A DNA stretch of 64,000 bases from Hormiphora californensis. Lineage: Eukaryota > Animalia > Ctenophora. This document shows, one piece after another, positions 16,801 through 29,200 of this stretch (position 1 is the stretch's first letter; each line of letters opens with the position of its first letter). Location: positions 7,998,001 to 8,062,000 of the forward strand of contig CM035354.1 in assembly GCA_020137815.1 (NCBI GenBank), read 5' to 3'. The position numbers and the translations under genes are program-made. Under the pieces are notes generated by a model, which saw nothing but the letters and a program-made list of their open reading frames with translations, was not told where the DNA came from and ran no database searches.

Positions 16801-19427
16801 AGATTGGGAAGTCCAACACGGCCACATGCAGTCTATGCACTAAAACAAATGAAAATGCGAAACACCTAATCTGTGAATGTGAAATCCTGGTAGCAGAAAG
16901 AATGAGACTAAGCGGCAAAACTTCATACAAAGACCTAGGCAAAACGATAATTAACCACACAGCGGTAGCCATCAAACTAATCGAGAAAACAAATATACTA
17001 AAAAACCAAGATAAAGACTAGAAGAACACATCCCCGCCTGTCGCAGTGTAAAAGAGTCAAAGATCCAAGACTCAGGACAGAAGAACCAAGAGACTGGATC
17101 CAAGACTCAGGACAGAAGAACCAAGAGTCTGGTTCTCTCTGGAGTCTAGCCTCCCGAACCCGAAGCCACCTATAATGGAACCTGTCCTGTGGTCAGTTCC
17201 TGATGGTGGGGGAGGGGAGGGGGGCTATTCTCCTAGTGCCGGCGAAATCGCTTTGCGATAGTCCCTTGGGGGCTTGCCGTTGGCAAGCCCAGGCACTCCG
17301 TAGATAGATAGATAGATGGGAGGAGGAACTACGTCATGACCGGCGATTGGTAACCGATTGGTAACCACGTAGTACGTGGTTACCAATCGCCGGTCATGCT
17401 GAGTGATGAAGATGAGGTGGGAGGAGTTCGTCGTGCGCGCGATGCCACGATGGCTTGCTTTTCTCAGAAATGAGCACTGCCGCGTCACACAAAGTAACAC
17501 TGTGGTTCAGATCCCGGAACAAGACTCTGAAATGAACCTGAGTTGCACTGTTATGACTATGATCAACCATGGCCCACGTACCTGTTCAATTGTGTGGTTG
17601 GGGACGATCCTAATGGAGAACTTGCCAATAACTTTGCGGGGGATAACGGTCTTACAGCCAGGGGCAGAGAACGCACCCTCAATCCCGTGAACACTCAGAC
17701 TTGGGAATCTCCACCTGCGAGAGAGAAACACTTAGTTAGAAAGAGATGTTATGAACCTTCCAAGGCTCTGAACTAGCCCACACTTTCGTTGGCAACAGTG
17801 AACAAACATTCAGACTGTGCCAACCTCAACTCCACTCAATACCCTCATTAGAGGACACCCCATTTACCTCTGCTGTAGAACCTCTTCCTTGGTAGGTTTC
17901 TGTAGAGTTTCACACCCGATATCTCCCTTATAATCCTCCAGAGAGAACTCAATGGGCTTGTAAACCTCCTTCTCTTCCTCCGTCATGGGCACCACTGCCT
18001 CGTTGATACCAGGAATCAGGATGTTACCTTTTGTATCGACCAGCTTAGATAGCACATTAACACAGTCAACCATCGCTTCGTGGCTGTGCAGGGGTATAGA
18101 GTTAGATATCCCTTAGTTAGAAATGAACGGCTATGATCAAAATCACATGTGAGAGGGATCTCCTGATTGCTTGTCAGACACTGACTGTTATACATCTCGC
18201 AACCTCGTACTCGCTACGCGGCCTCACGTAGCCGCACCGGGCCAAAGGCCCGGTGCGAAGAGTACGGTCTTATATGAGACAACTGATTGCAGTAGTTTTC
18301 ATCATTATAAATACTTACACGGCACCCCCGTACACTCCACTGTGAAGGTCCTTTGCAGCACACTGGATCTCTACAAAGAAATAACAGACTCCTCTTAGAC
18401 CATAGGTGAGACAAGGCTTCTCACTTCCTAGCCAGTAGTTGTCAGAGATGCATACAAAGTCCACCCCCTGCGGGATTAGAGTTGGTTAATAATGGGCGCT
18501 GCTTATAGTGGGGATGAATTTGTCATTTGTGAGATTTGTCCAGCTTGATTTGAGCCTCATAATGATGTTCTAATTACATGGACAACTCAGACTCCCATCT
18601 GAATGATTCATTATACTACTTACGCTGAAAAAGTCGTTTCTTCTTGCTTCAATGAGTTCATCTAGTCCCTCACTCCCTGACTCTTCCATTCCCTCAAAGC
18701 ACATCTATAAAACATATTGTAATTACTAATGATACTCAACTCAATACAACAAACAGTACAACTATCATGCTGTATTACTAACCCAGAGGTTGACAGGCAG
18801 CTCAATACCAAGATCCTTGTAGGCCTTTGCAACATGCAGCCACCCAATGGCAGGCCCCTTATCATCTGATGATCCCCTTCCATAAAGCTTGCCATCCTTC
18901 TCAGTGAGCACAAAGGGCTCCGTGTCCCACCCATCTTCAATCTCAGCAGGCTGCACGTCCAAATGACCATACACACATACTGTCTTCTTATTCTTGTCAG
19001 AACCAAGTTTTCCTGGGGAACGTTATATTAGACACCATGGTTAGTAACTGGTTACGAAGTCACCCCTTTAATACGCCGTGTGCTTGCGCGGAGGGGTAAT
19101 TTCAATGCCAAAATTAGTTAGTAGCCTCAGAACATCCAAGTATAAGGGCTTAGTATTACCAACCAACCAGTTACCTAGAAGGACATTAGGGAGTGGTATC
19201 TCAGTGCCATCGACCTGTTTCTGCATTCCAACATCACACTTTTCAACAGTGCCGCCCAATGCAGTGATCTCATCGGCAACAATGTCCATCATCCTCTGGC
19301 ACTCAGATCGACAGTGGGGCCAAGAGGAAACACTCTTGATGGCAACTAACTCGGCCAGGTGGTCAATGAACTTCTGTTTGTTGTCATCCACATACTGGAA
19401 TACACGTTGCAGGTCACCTGATGCCAT
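13804..19427 (-). CDS. CNDP2: Cytosolic non-specific dipeptidase (M20A), 475 aa, 10 exons
   Basis: Exons 19427-19175, 19012-18783, 18704-18624, 18467-18319, 18083-17868, 17714-17582, 14678-14525, 14237-14163, 14054-13963 and 13848-13804 (1428 nt). Motifs: [78 protein letters not shown]. Confidence 0.95.
15353..16535. mobile_element. Non-autonomous DNA transposon with G-rich TIRs and 8-bp TSD GTCAAAGC
   Basis: Termini GGGGGGGTTCCAACCTATT and AATAGGTTGGAACCCCCCCC; GTCAAAGC at 15345-15352 and 16536-16543. Removing the element restores the RNase H motif WVKAHIG. Confidence 0.92.
15557..16281. repeat. 63-bp minisatellite, about 11.5 copies, inside the MITE
   Basis: Unit GAAATTGCGATTCGGGGAAATTTCTCGCTTAGAAAATACGATTCGAGAAAATTTTCTCGGTAA, made of two related ~31-bp halves. 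Confidence 0.97.
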
Positions 19428-20879
19428 GGCTATACGTGATATAGTGTGTTAATATAGTGATATAGTGTGTGTGTGTGTTATAACAAGAGAACTCTGTCTG
19501 CTGGAGTGATGGAATGATGGTAATTGTGCTCTACTGTCAGTGCGTGGTAATAGATCTGTTAATCTAGACTCTGGTAATCGATCTGGTAATTGGTCTACTA
19601 CTAGTTGTCATATATTAGCGGTATTAGCGGCTAGCACTACTTTATATTTGTTGCATCGTGTCGGAGAATCAGAGTGACAGACATTTCTAGAACTCTCTGA
19701 GACCCACCTAGTAATTGTGTTATCTGTTGTTTCTGGACTGCTGCAATTAAGATTACAGGTAACTCGACACCGAGTACACCCGTTTTTTAAACGAATCTTT
19801 CTACGACACGTACGTTGAAAAATCTCACTTTTTGAGAGTAAAAATTCGGTCAGATTTAGAACACAAATCATAGCGCTGGCAAGCGCCCGGGGCCCAATCC
19901 TCCCTCCCCCCAACCATTCTTCCCTTAAAAATGTCCATTTTCCAAACATTCTTGCTTCGAAATTGCGGAAAAAAATTTTTTGAATTTTTTGAAAATTTTT
20001 GAAAATTTTGACAGCGCTACTATACTTATTGTCTGAAATCGGCAATTTCAACTTTGTTTTAGACAACCTTCCCGTTGTCTTACGAACTTGCCGCTTGGTA
20101 GTTCGTGTTGCCTTGACACCTAGAGCACACGTTTAAAATTTCATGCAAATCGGAGTTACGGTTTTTACGTTACAGAGGGTCGTATTTTAGACAAAATGTC
20201 CGTTTTTCGCGTCACGAACGACCGTAAAGTAACGACTTTTTTGCGTAGTTAATAGAGGCCAGAGTTTTAAAGCTATCACCATGAAACTTTGGGAGTCGGT
20301 AGGTCTAGTGGTGTACCTTGTATTAAAGCTTGGACAGAGAAAACGGACAGTCATAACAAAAGTTATGACTGTCTTAAGTTTTCTTTGGCGTCTAAGACAG
20401 CCTTCCCGTCGTTCTACGAATACGCCGCTTGGTACGTAATGTTGTCTCGAGATCTTGAACACACGATCAAAATTTCAAGCAAATCCGAGTTACGGTTCTT
20501 CAGTTACGGGCATCTGACTGTATTAAGATTTAAGACGATTTTCAAAAATCCTAGAAAAGAGCAAATTAAACTATAAATCATGATTTTATCACATATATTT
20601 TGCCAACGTAGGTCAACTGCTGTATTTTCAGATATAATTAGAAGTCATATCTAGATTTATGACTGTCTTAAATTTAAGACGATTTTAAAAACGCCTAGAA
20701 AGAAGCGTTTCAGAGTCTAAATTAACATTGAATCAGATTTATTTTATAAAATAAGGTTTACTGCCGCATTTTCAGTTATAATGGGTAGTCATATCTAGAG
20801 TTATGACTGTCTTAAATATAAGACGATTTAAAAAAAAACGAGAAAAGAGCGAATTAGCATCTAGAACCTGATTGTATCA

Positions 20880-21200
20880 GATATATTTGATTATCAATGC
20901 TTATCCGTGATCGTTTATATCCGTAACTAATAATCAAAATCAGAGAATAATCGTGGAGAACCAATCGCGGATATCAATCGCTGATAACTAATAAATAATA
21001 GTAATCGCGGATAACTAACCACGACAACTCATCGCGAATGAGTAATATGATAGTTACCAATCGCGGATAGCTAATCGCAAATATGGCTAATCGCGATTCG
21101 TGATCAGTTATCCGCGATTGGTTGTCCGCAATTACTATCATATTCGTTATTCGCAATTGATATCCGAGATTGGATATCTGCGATTGAAAAAGTCCGTGAA
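20880..21200. repeat. Degenerate AATCGCGGAT-motif repeat cluster, in both orientations
   Basis: Recurrent AATCGCGGATA / TATCCGCGATT motifs, probably a subterminal region of a DNA transposon. Confidence 0.55.
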
Positions 21201-21217
21201 TCCTCAATCCACGTTTA

Positions 21218-21812
21218 GGCTATAAGCATACTGATCGTGATGATCATAATCAGTTAAAAAGATGAAGTGTGCTCATGGTTTTGATCATCATCATCTGTAA
21301 AAAACTGCAGTGTGCGGAACATTATGATCATCACGTAAGAGCTGGCCCTGGAGCCGTCTCTTAAGTTGGATGATGATCATCAACACCTAGTGTGCGCACG
21401 TTCTGATCTTATTCTTATGGAGGGCTGCACTGTAGTCATGTGATATGTACCACGTGGTACGACTTCGCGCGCTCTGAGAGGCTGTTGTACAGGTCACGTG
21501 ATATGCAACAGCCTCTCAGAGCGCGCGACTAGGCAAGGGGGAGATATCATCATCATGCTGAGCACACTGGTCATGATGATCATGATCAAAAGGCAAGTTC
21601 CAGCAAGTTGAGCATGGTTTATGATGATCAAACGTGCGCACACTATGGTTTGTGATGATCAAACGTGAACACACTATAGTTTGAGAACATCATGATGCAT
21701 CAAGCCTCCATCATGATGATAACCATCAGTGTGTGCGCTCCTTTGATGGTGACCATCAAAACGTCCGCACACTGACCTGATTATGATCATCACGATCAGT
21801 ATGCTTATAGCC
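21218..21812. mobile_element. PIF/Harbinger-like MITE with TTA TSD
   Basis: TIR GGCTATAAGCATACTGATCGTGATGATCATAATCAG and its reverse complement ending at 21812, with TTA on both flanks. Interior has GATCATCA repeats and a central hairpin at ~21465-21529. Confidence 0.85.
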
Positions 21813-21854
21813 TTATTAAACTCTAAAGCTAAGTAGTATAACAAAATGCCTGAT

Positions 21855-22298
21855 ACTAGATCCAAAAACCAAACAAGTTTGGTGGATAGCCGGGGCCGCA
21901 GAAATTTAAAAACATGCGAAAGTTTTGATACATGAACTTTCGGGGCCTGGGGTGCTGTTAAATTCGCGTTTCCATGATAGTCAGCCGTTCTTTCAAAACA
22001 CACTATTTTTCTGTAAAACAGACTCTGAAACGACCCACTGTGTGCACTGTGCAGTATATTATACGTGATATGTGTGGAGCTGTATGTATGATAATGTGGA
22101 ATCAAAAATAATGATAACTTGCAATCATTGCGATAGTTTTCCTGGCGTATAGTTTGAAAATGTTGCTGGTTTTAATCATGGAAACACGAATTTAACAGCA
22201 CCCCAGGCCCCGAAAGTTCATGTATCAAAACTTTCGCATGTTTTTAAATTTCTGCGGCCCCGGCTATCCACCAAACTTGTTTGGTTTTTGGATCTAGT
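21855..22298. mobile_element. MITE with ~120-bp TIRs
   Basis: ACTAGATCCAAAAACCAAACAAGTTTGGTGGATAGCCGGGGCCGC... is mirrored at 22178-22298. Confidence 0.88.
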
Positions 22299-22460
22299 TG
22301 TTCGAATATTCTTGGCAGGGAACCCCCACTGGGGATACTCATGAGATTCGGGCCTCCGTTCTAGCTATAAATCTAGTGGGCTGTGGGGGATTTAGATCTT
22401 TTGGATGGATAGATTTCGCCCTGATAAAATGTACTTCGATTTACCTCGCAAAAACCCTTC

Positions 22461-22734
22461 GGTGCGATTCAAAAAGGACGTCCAGGGGTAGGGGGAGGGG
22501 GGAGGTAGCCGATTTCGGACATCTCTGGACAATGGGGGGGGGGGAGGGGGTTGACGCAATTCGGACTGTCCCAGGTTTTAAAGATTTTGAAATTTTACTG
22601 ATTTTACTAGATATAGGTGGACATAACTCGGACAGGGGGAGGGGGGTCTGGCAGATTCGGACAGGCCTGGACAGGGGGGAGGGAGGGGGGGGTAAAATGA
22701 CCAAAAATCATGGACGTCCTTTTTGAATCGCCCC
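22461..22734. mobile_element. G-run-rich MITE; its right half recurs at 31404-31530
   Basis: TIRs GGTGCGATTCAAAAAGGACGTCCA and TGGACGTCCTTTTTGAATCGCCCC, with TTC on both flanks. Confidence 0.75.
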
Positions 22735-23275
22735 TTCCTGACCTCCGAGGGGAGTCTAATATATCAAGGTTGTCTGGTTTATACATACTAGTATTTTGGG
22801 GGAGGGGGGGAATCCATCTGTTCTTGCCAGTGCAGTGATAAAGTAAGCTTTAATGAAACCACAAGAAACACTATTATTTCCTACCTCATAACATGACATG
22901 TGTTTAATAAAGCAAGTGATATTACTGCTAACTAGTAGCTCCCTCACTGTCCTATGTCTAGATGTAAAAGTGTGTTTAGCATCTTGAAGAAGGTATCTGT
23001 GTTTTATCTGTTGTTTATCTGGTTGCTAAGCAGTATGATCTGCTTGACATCTGACAACATTCAGAGAGTTCAAAGGAGGAGAGACAGAGAGACAGAGAGG
23101 CAGAGAGATAGATACTAAAAGATAGAGAGACTGAAGGGTAGAGATACGTGGGAACGATAGGGAGATGGGTGAGATTGCGTAGTACGCACGATGCACGTGG
23201 GACTCGTTAGCTTCCTCCTAAACTCAAAGTTTTTCTTGTTGTTTTAACTTTGCTTTATTTGCAGTACGCCATAAC

Positions 23276-26200
23276 ATGATGTTCCGTGGTCTCTTCGCCT
23301 CTCTCTTGGTCCTCATTGTATCAACAAAATATGATCGTGAGTAAAATTAAATGTTAAACCACTTGATTTTCATGGACTATCCAAAATTATGGCCATAACA
23401 CTTTCAGAGAAAAGTAGAACGTACTATGCGTTGGTCGATGGTTCTGTTAGACTCCGCTGTTCAACAGAGCAACATAAAAGAAATATCAGGTCCGTAACAT
23501 GGACAGAGACCTTGGATGTAAACGGTGGAGAGAACCCCGACAAAGAACTCTACAAAAATGAACCAAGAACAGGTAAGAAATATTCAACAATAGACGAGAC
23601 CCAAGGGGCCTTAACTTGTTTGTTCTATGAGTGGGATTATGACGCTTCATTTTACAAATCAATAGGTAATTTAGATATTTTTGCAGTGCTTAAGGTTACA
23701 AAATGCTACGGAGAAAAGAAAGATTTTGCTTGTCATAAGACTGGAACAGGAATTGAAATACTGGCTGCGAAACAAGTCAACTTCGGAGACGCGGCGGAAA
23801 AGTGTAATGATACACCTAACGGTTCCAGATCTAAGAACTGTTTCATTGACAGGTGACCGAATGGGAAATTCAGTCTTTATCACAAAACTAAAGATTTGAT
23901 AGTTTTTATAAAAAAACAATTATTCATCAAATAATATTCCTTTCTCTTAACACAACTTACATCTATACTACTACCTACTAGGTTAGATGAGATTAGCGAG
24001 TGGTGTGCTAGTACATCTATTAGATCTAGATGTGATCTGAAAGATTTTGCAAACTTGACTATTTGTGACGATGATAGTGATACTTTAAAGACGAATGTAT
24101 TGGAAGTTGAATACACTTGCACCACTAATGAAGGTATGCTGATTAGGAACCAATATTAACTTATGTTACATAGGGTAAACCGGGGCAAAATGGTTAACTT
24201 TTTACTTAATCGGTTCTCACTCCCATTTAAAAAAAGATACAATGAAAAAAATTATATATAGGATTAAAGTTCATTATTTTATCTTTCAAATAAGATAAAT
24301 TTCAACTCTAGGGACCATCATTTACTTAACTAAATAACTAATTAAAAAATTTTGGTCGGAAAAAATGGTACCGGGGCAATTCGGACAACACCAATAGGAG
24401 TGCTTTATTTCGTCACGTGAACGTCCTCACAACACCAGAAGAAGATTCCCGCCTGGTGTTGTTAGAGGTGGGGGGAATTCGAACCATGTAATCTCCACGC
24501 AATCTCCACGCTGGTCGTTCTGGTTCGAATTGCCCCGGTATCACGTGGTACAAAGAACTGCACATCATTGGCCCGGTTCACTAACCAAATTGCCCCGGTT
24601 CGAATTGCCCCGGTGGTTCGATTTGCCCCGGTAATCTTAATTTACCAGAATTTGGAATGAAAACATGCGAATATTTAAATAATTTTTATACCATCTGAAA
24701 GCTAATATTATTAGCTTTCAGCTGGTTTTTTCAAATCGGAAATCGACCAACTTAAACCGGATCTAGAGCCTATTTAGTGGTAACGGGCAGACTCGAACGA
24801 GCAGTTTTCTTTTGGAGATAGGATGACGTCATTATGATAGCTTAACTAGGTGAGAGACGGGCAGTACATGGTTCGAATTGCCCCGGTGGTTCGAATTGCC
24901 CCAGTTTACCCTACTAGTTATTGTTCCGCGGAACCGAGCATGATCCTTATTATATGATAACCGGAATTCCGGTTCGTGTTTATAAATTTATGGCCACCTT
25001 ATGAAACCAGTCCTGTATAAAACTGAACATTTATATATGTGTGGCAAGCAACAATATATTTCCATGTACATTAAATTGTTTTTTAGGGCATATAGCACAC
25101 AGTTCAGTAATCAGTTATGTTATTATATCATTAGGTTGTCCATTAGCAGATCTGTCTACCCAATTTTCAGATAATTGTTACGATAACGACCCATGGTGGT
25201 GTGGAAACTTGAAACTCAGAGGAGGCTGTAAATTGGGAGATATCAACTACGAAAAGGCTTTCATGCAGTGTCAAAAAACATGCAGTTTCTGTATGGACGA
25301 GGATCAGTGGAAAAAATTGAATAATAGATGGATTCAATACGATGTTGAACAAAATATTGTTTTCCAACCCATCTCCAGTAATTACTTCACAACTTCGATT
25401 GATTTTCGAAATAAAAACAACCCAGATTATATATTCAACATCACTTGGACAAGATTATCGGGAGGGTAAGTTTCAGTTAAATTGAACGGCTAGATCAGTC
25501 TTTTATTTTATAGGTAACAAATCTAGTATAGATGTGATTATCGGGGGGGGGGGGGAAGTAATTTTGATATCTCCTTCTGGTGATCAACACACACACACGC
25601 CCTCTGTACAACAGTTTAATGGGGAATCTCACACATACACGGGCAGAACTCGGTTAAGGAGAGATTAATTAGTATTCTGAATAATGAGTTCAGAGCAAGA
25701 ATTAAATAGGGAAGAGAATCGAAAAATACTGGGTTTGACCGGGAATTGAACCAGGGACCTCCAGAGAGACATGCTCGGAGCTATAAACCACTAAGCTACC
25801 AAACCCTATGTACTGATCGCATTTCATCGCTCTATATTCAAGCTCCTGCCCTTAGCTAGACACCATGTGATAAAGGGAAGTAATTTTGATATCTCCTTCT
25901 GGTGTGTGTGTTGATCACATTTTCTTCCCTATTTAATTCTTGCTCTGAACTCATTATTCAGATGTGATTATCGATACATTTGTACAGGAAGAAAATTAGG
26001 ACATCGACAAACATGGCGTGCCAGAGGAACGAATCATTTGAGCACAAAGAGTCCTGCTTCTCCAATAACTGGATTGTTAAACTCGACACGTAAGAAATTT
26101 ACTAATAAGATGTATATAGTACATAACTCCCTCCCGTGCGGGCATCTATTCAATAGACGCACTGCAGAGCAGTGCGTCTATTGAGCTGTAATGCACGGGT

Positions 26201-29200
26201 CCCGAAGGGACCGTGCGTTACAGCCCTGTAAATCCCGAGCGTCAGCGAGGGGTTTACAGGTATATCTGCACGCTAGGGAGAGAGTTATGTTCTATAGACC
26301 CCGCTGGCGGGCACCTAGAAGCAAAACAAGCACAATTTACGTGGTTCTCAAATAGAGAGCTCACACAAAACGGGTCAAATAGTTGGAAATGAAGCTACAA
26401 AGTGCCTCTCTACATTCCTACACACTCGTACCAATCGTTTTAACAAATCAAAAGGGTGGAATGCAGAGAGAGATAACAGTTAATTGTGGGTCAAGAGGAA
26501 CAGTTGCCGACAGACTGGCGGGCGCCAAATCTAGACAGAGAGCTTAGTTGGTTGTACACACACTCCCTCTTGTGTTGTCATGTCATTATGAAACCCGATA
26601 GCTGATTTAACGGTCGTTTGAACATTTTGCGCGCTCATGATAAGTGCTAGCTGGGGGATTTAACACCCTGCTCGCGTATTAACAGTCCCGCTCTCTTTTT
26701 CACGCATTTCTCTTCATTTGAATAACATGCGTGTAAAATTCAGAGTAATTAAAATGTGTGTAAACACACAGTTCTGTCAATAACAGAGAGCGGAACACAT
26801 CTGCAACACTTTTCAAAGTTATCTCTCTCATAAAAAGTCAAAAGAATCACATTCCTATCTCTTCTCTCTCTCTCATTCTCTCTTTTACTGTTCAATATCT
26901 CTCACTGTGTGTATTGGCCCCAACCTTGCTCTCTCTTACTCAAATATGTTAGGAACAGTTGCAACTAGGTGCCAGTTAGTCTACACACAGTTTGGGGACT
27001 GTCTGTTGACTATTTGCCAGTACTCCTTGTGTGTTTTACCTTGTGTTGTGTCTCTTGTTAGTGTGAAATTGCTATCGGGTTTCATAAACTATGAACGTTT
27101 GTTAGCTTGTCACGTTATAGGTTTAAATCGCCTCCCCCTCACCCTCGGCTGCGCCTCGGGTTCGGGGTCGTGATTTAAACCAGTTTAATCGCCCTGCCGG
27201 GCGATTAAACTCCAGTTGGCTATCGCCAGCTCGCGCTGGCGACAGCCAACTTGATAACGCGCCAAGCTACAAACGTTCATAGTTCATTTATCGTGTTTCC
27301 AGTGATTCTTTGTGATCTTTACACAAATCTGTCAGAGGGCGTGCGTCTATCGAGACACAAACTCACGGCAGTGCACGGCGCAATAGACCAGTGCAAATTG
27401 TTCGCACGGGGCGGGCGTCTATTTGAGCGAGCGGGGTCTATAATTATTGAGACCTCGATCCCGCCTCGATTAAATCGACCTTTTGATGTCAAACAATACC
27501 ATCTTATCCACTTCAGGAAAATGTTTAAGATTGACTGTGGAACAGAAAACTTGCTCAGCTGGAAGATTAATGATAAATGTGGAGCGAATTTACAATTTAA
27601 TACGAATCAGCAATTTGAAATGCTAATTAGCTCGTCAAAATCAGACCTAAAGTTCTTTACACCTACATCTGATGATAGTAAGTATTTGCAGATAAACTAT
27701 TAAAATAATATGTCACTCAGAATATATAATATACTATGTTGTTTTTAATTTGTATAATATACTATGTACATATTTTGTATCGAGTTTAGATTACCAAACT
27801 CTTTATAATGAATACTTTTAGATGAAGTGATCAATATTGAGGCTACCAACAGCAAACTGTTTTCTGATCTGATTGTCCCGATAACTAAATCAGGAGGTAA
27901 GTAAGAACAAGTTTTCTTGCAATCAGCATTGATTTAATGAAAAGTGTTCTTTACATTTTACAAACACATTAATTCAGATAGAAAGATTAGCTGTACATTT
28001 ACCAAGAATGGAAACGGTACGGAAACAACAGAATTCAACATTAAAGTGTCTTCGATAGGTAAGAGAGAGAGAGAGAAAATACTGGTACTTGACGATCATA
28101 ATTCATCATAATTTATCATAATTTCACAGGGCGTGGATCCACCAATGCTTCTACTAACAATACATTCAAAATTCAGAAGATAATGAAAACGTAAGGCGTT
28201 GTTCTAATTCCAATGAAACTTACAAACAATACGATGACTGTACTTATAGCACTATTTGTGGTAAGAAAATTGTCTGATAAATATCAATTAAAGTTAAGAT
28301 TGATCTTCTAGGATTAAAGTTTCATTTATTTACCCAGGAACGGACGCAGAATCTATCAGAAATCAGTCCCTTGACTGCGGTGATATAACGAAAGGATGCC
28401 AAAATCATCAAGCTGATATTTGTGTGACTAAGTCTGGGGCAATCAAAGCGGTTTCAACTAACAGTACACAACCTTGGCCTTGTATCTCAAAAAAGACTTC
28501 AGTGCCGTGTGATGGTCCATTACAAACCTTTAGGTGTGATGATGGCTCCGAGATCGACCAAAATCTAACTTGTAATTTTGTGTAAGTAATGCGAATACGT
28601 TTTTATCTTGTTTGAACTACATATATTTACATATATCAAGTTCAAATGGTTACAATCATGCAGTATGCAGTAGTAGGTAGTAGTATTAGTTTCAAGCGGT
28701 ATATAAATTATAAAGTATTTATGTTAAAACAGCACTACTTTCGAATATTACTGACTACCATTTCACTTTTATTCAACTCTTGCAGGGACGATTGTGGGTC
28801 AGGATATTATGAAGATGAGCTTTTTCAGACATCTAACCGAAAGACAAAGTGTGATCCCCAATACGGAGTTAAATGCAAGAACCCTCCCTACATAATCCCC
28901 CCTTCTGAAGTGGACTGCAGTGGTGATGAAGTTGACCATCGTGTTGACTGCAATTATGAAAGCTTTTGCAAGATCGCAATTAATTGCACCTCTCCAAGTG
29001 GTTCAATTATCTCGGTCTATGAAGGTCAAATGTGTGATCCAACTGGAACTCCTTACTGCAGCGACCTATCTTCCTATATGGACTGCCCAGCTAATAGCTC
29101 CCTCGACTGCTTAGTAGACGGTAAAAATAAATCATTACATTCCACTATTTTATGTAACAGAGGAGGTAAATCAGTTTGTGATAATCGCACGGATTTGGAG

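Larger units (their letters stand above)
14862..17315 (+). mobile_element. 5'-truncated RNase H-bearing non-LTR retrotransposon with 13-bp TSD and (TAGA)n tail, split by a MITE
   Basis: Reads VYTDGSK..TVFQAEV.AI..SDS and [20 protein letters not shown] (rejoined across the MITE), then [27 protein letters not shown] is duplicated at 14849-14861 and 17316-17328. Confidence 0.9.

Noticed and set aside
25731-25806. Functional tRNA gene
   Set aside because: The anticodon arm does not pair properly, and it lies in a TSD-flanked insertion absent from the paralog.
28646-28785. N-terminus of the 813-aa ORF (and of the 712-aa ORF at 36719) as the true protein start
   Set aside because: This stretch is intronic. 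The acceptor at 28785 joins upstream exons and completes a split LDLa repeat.
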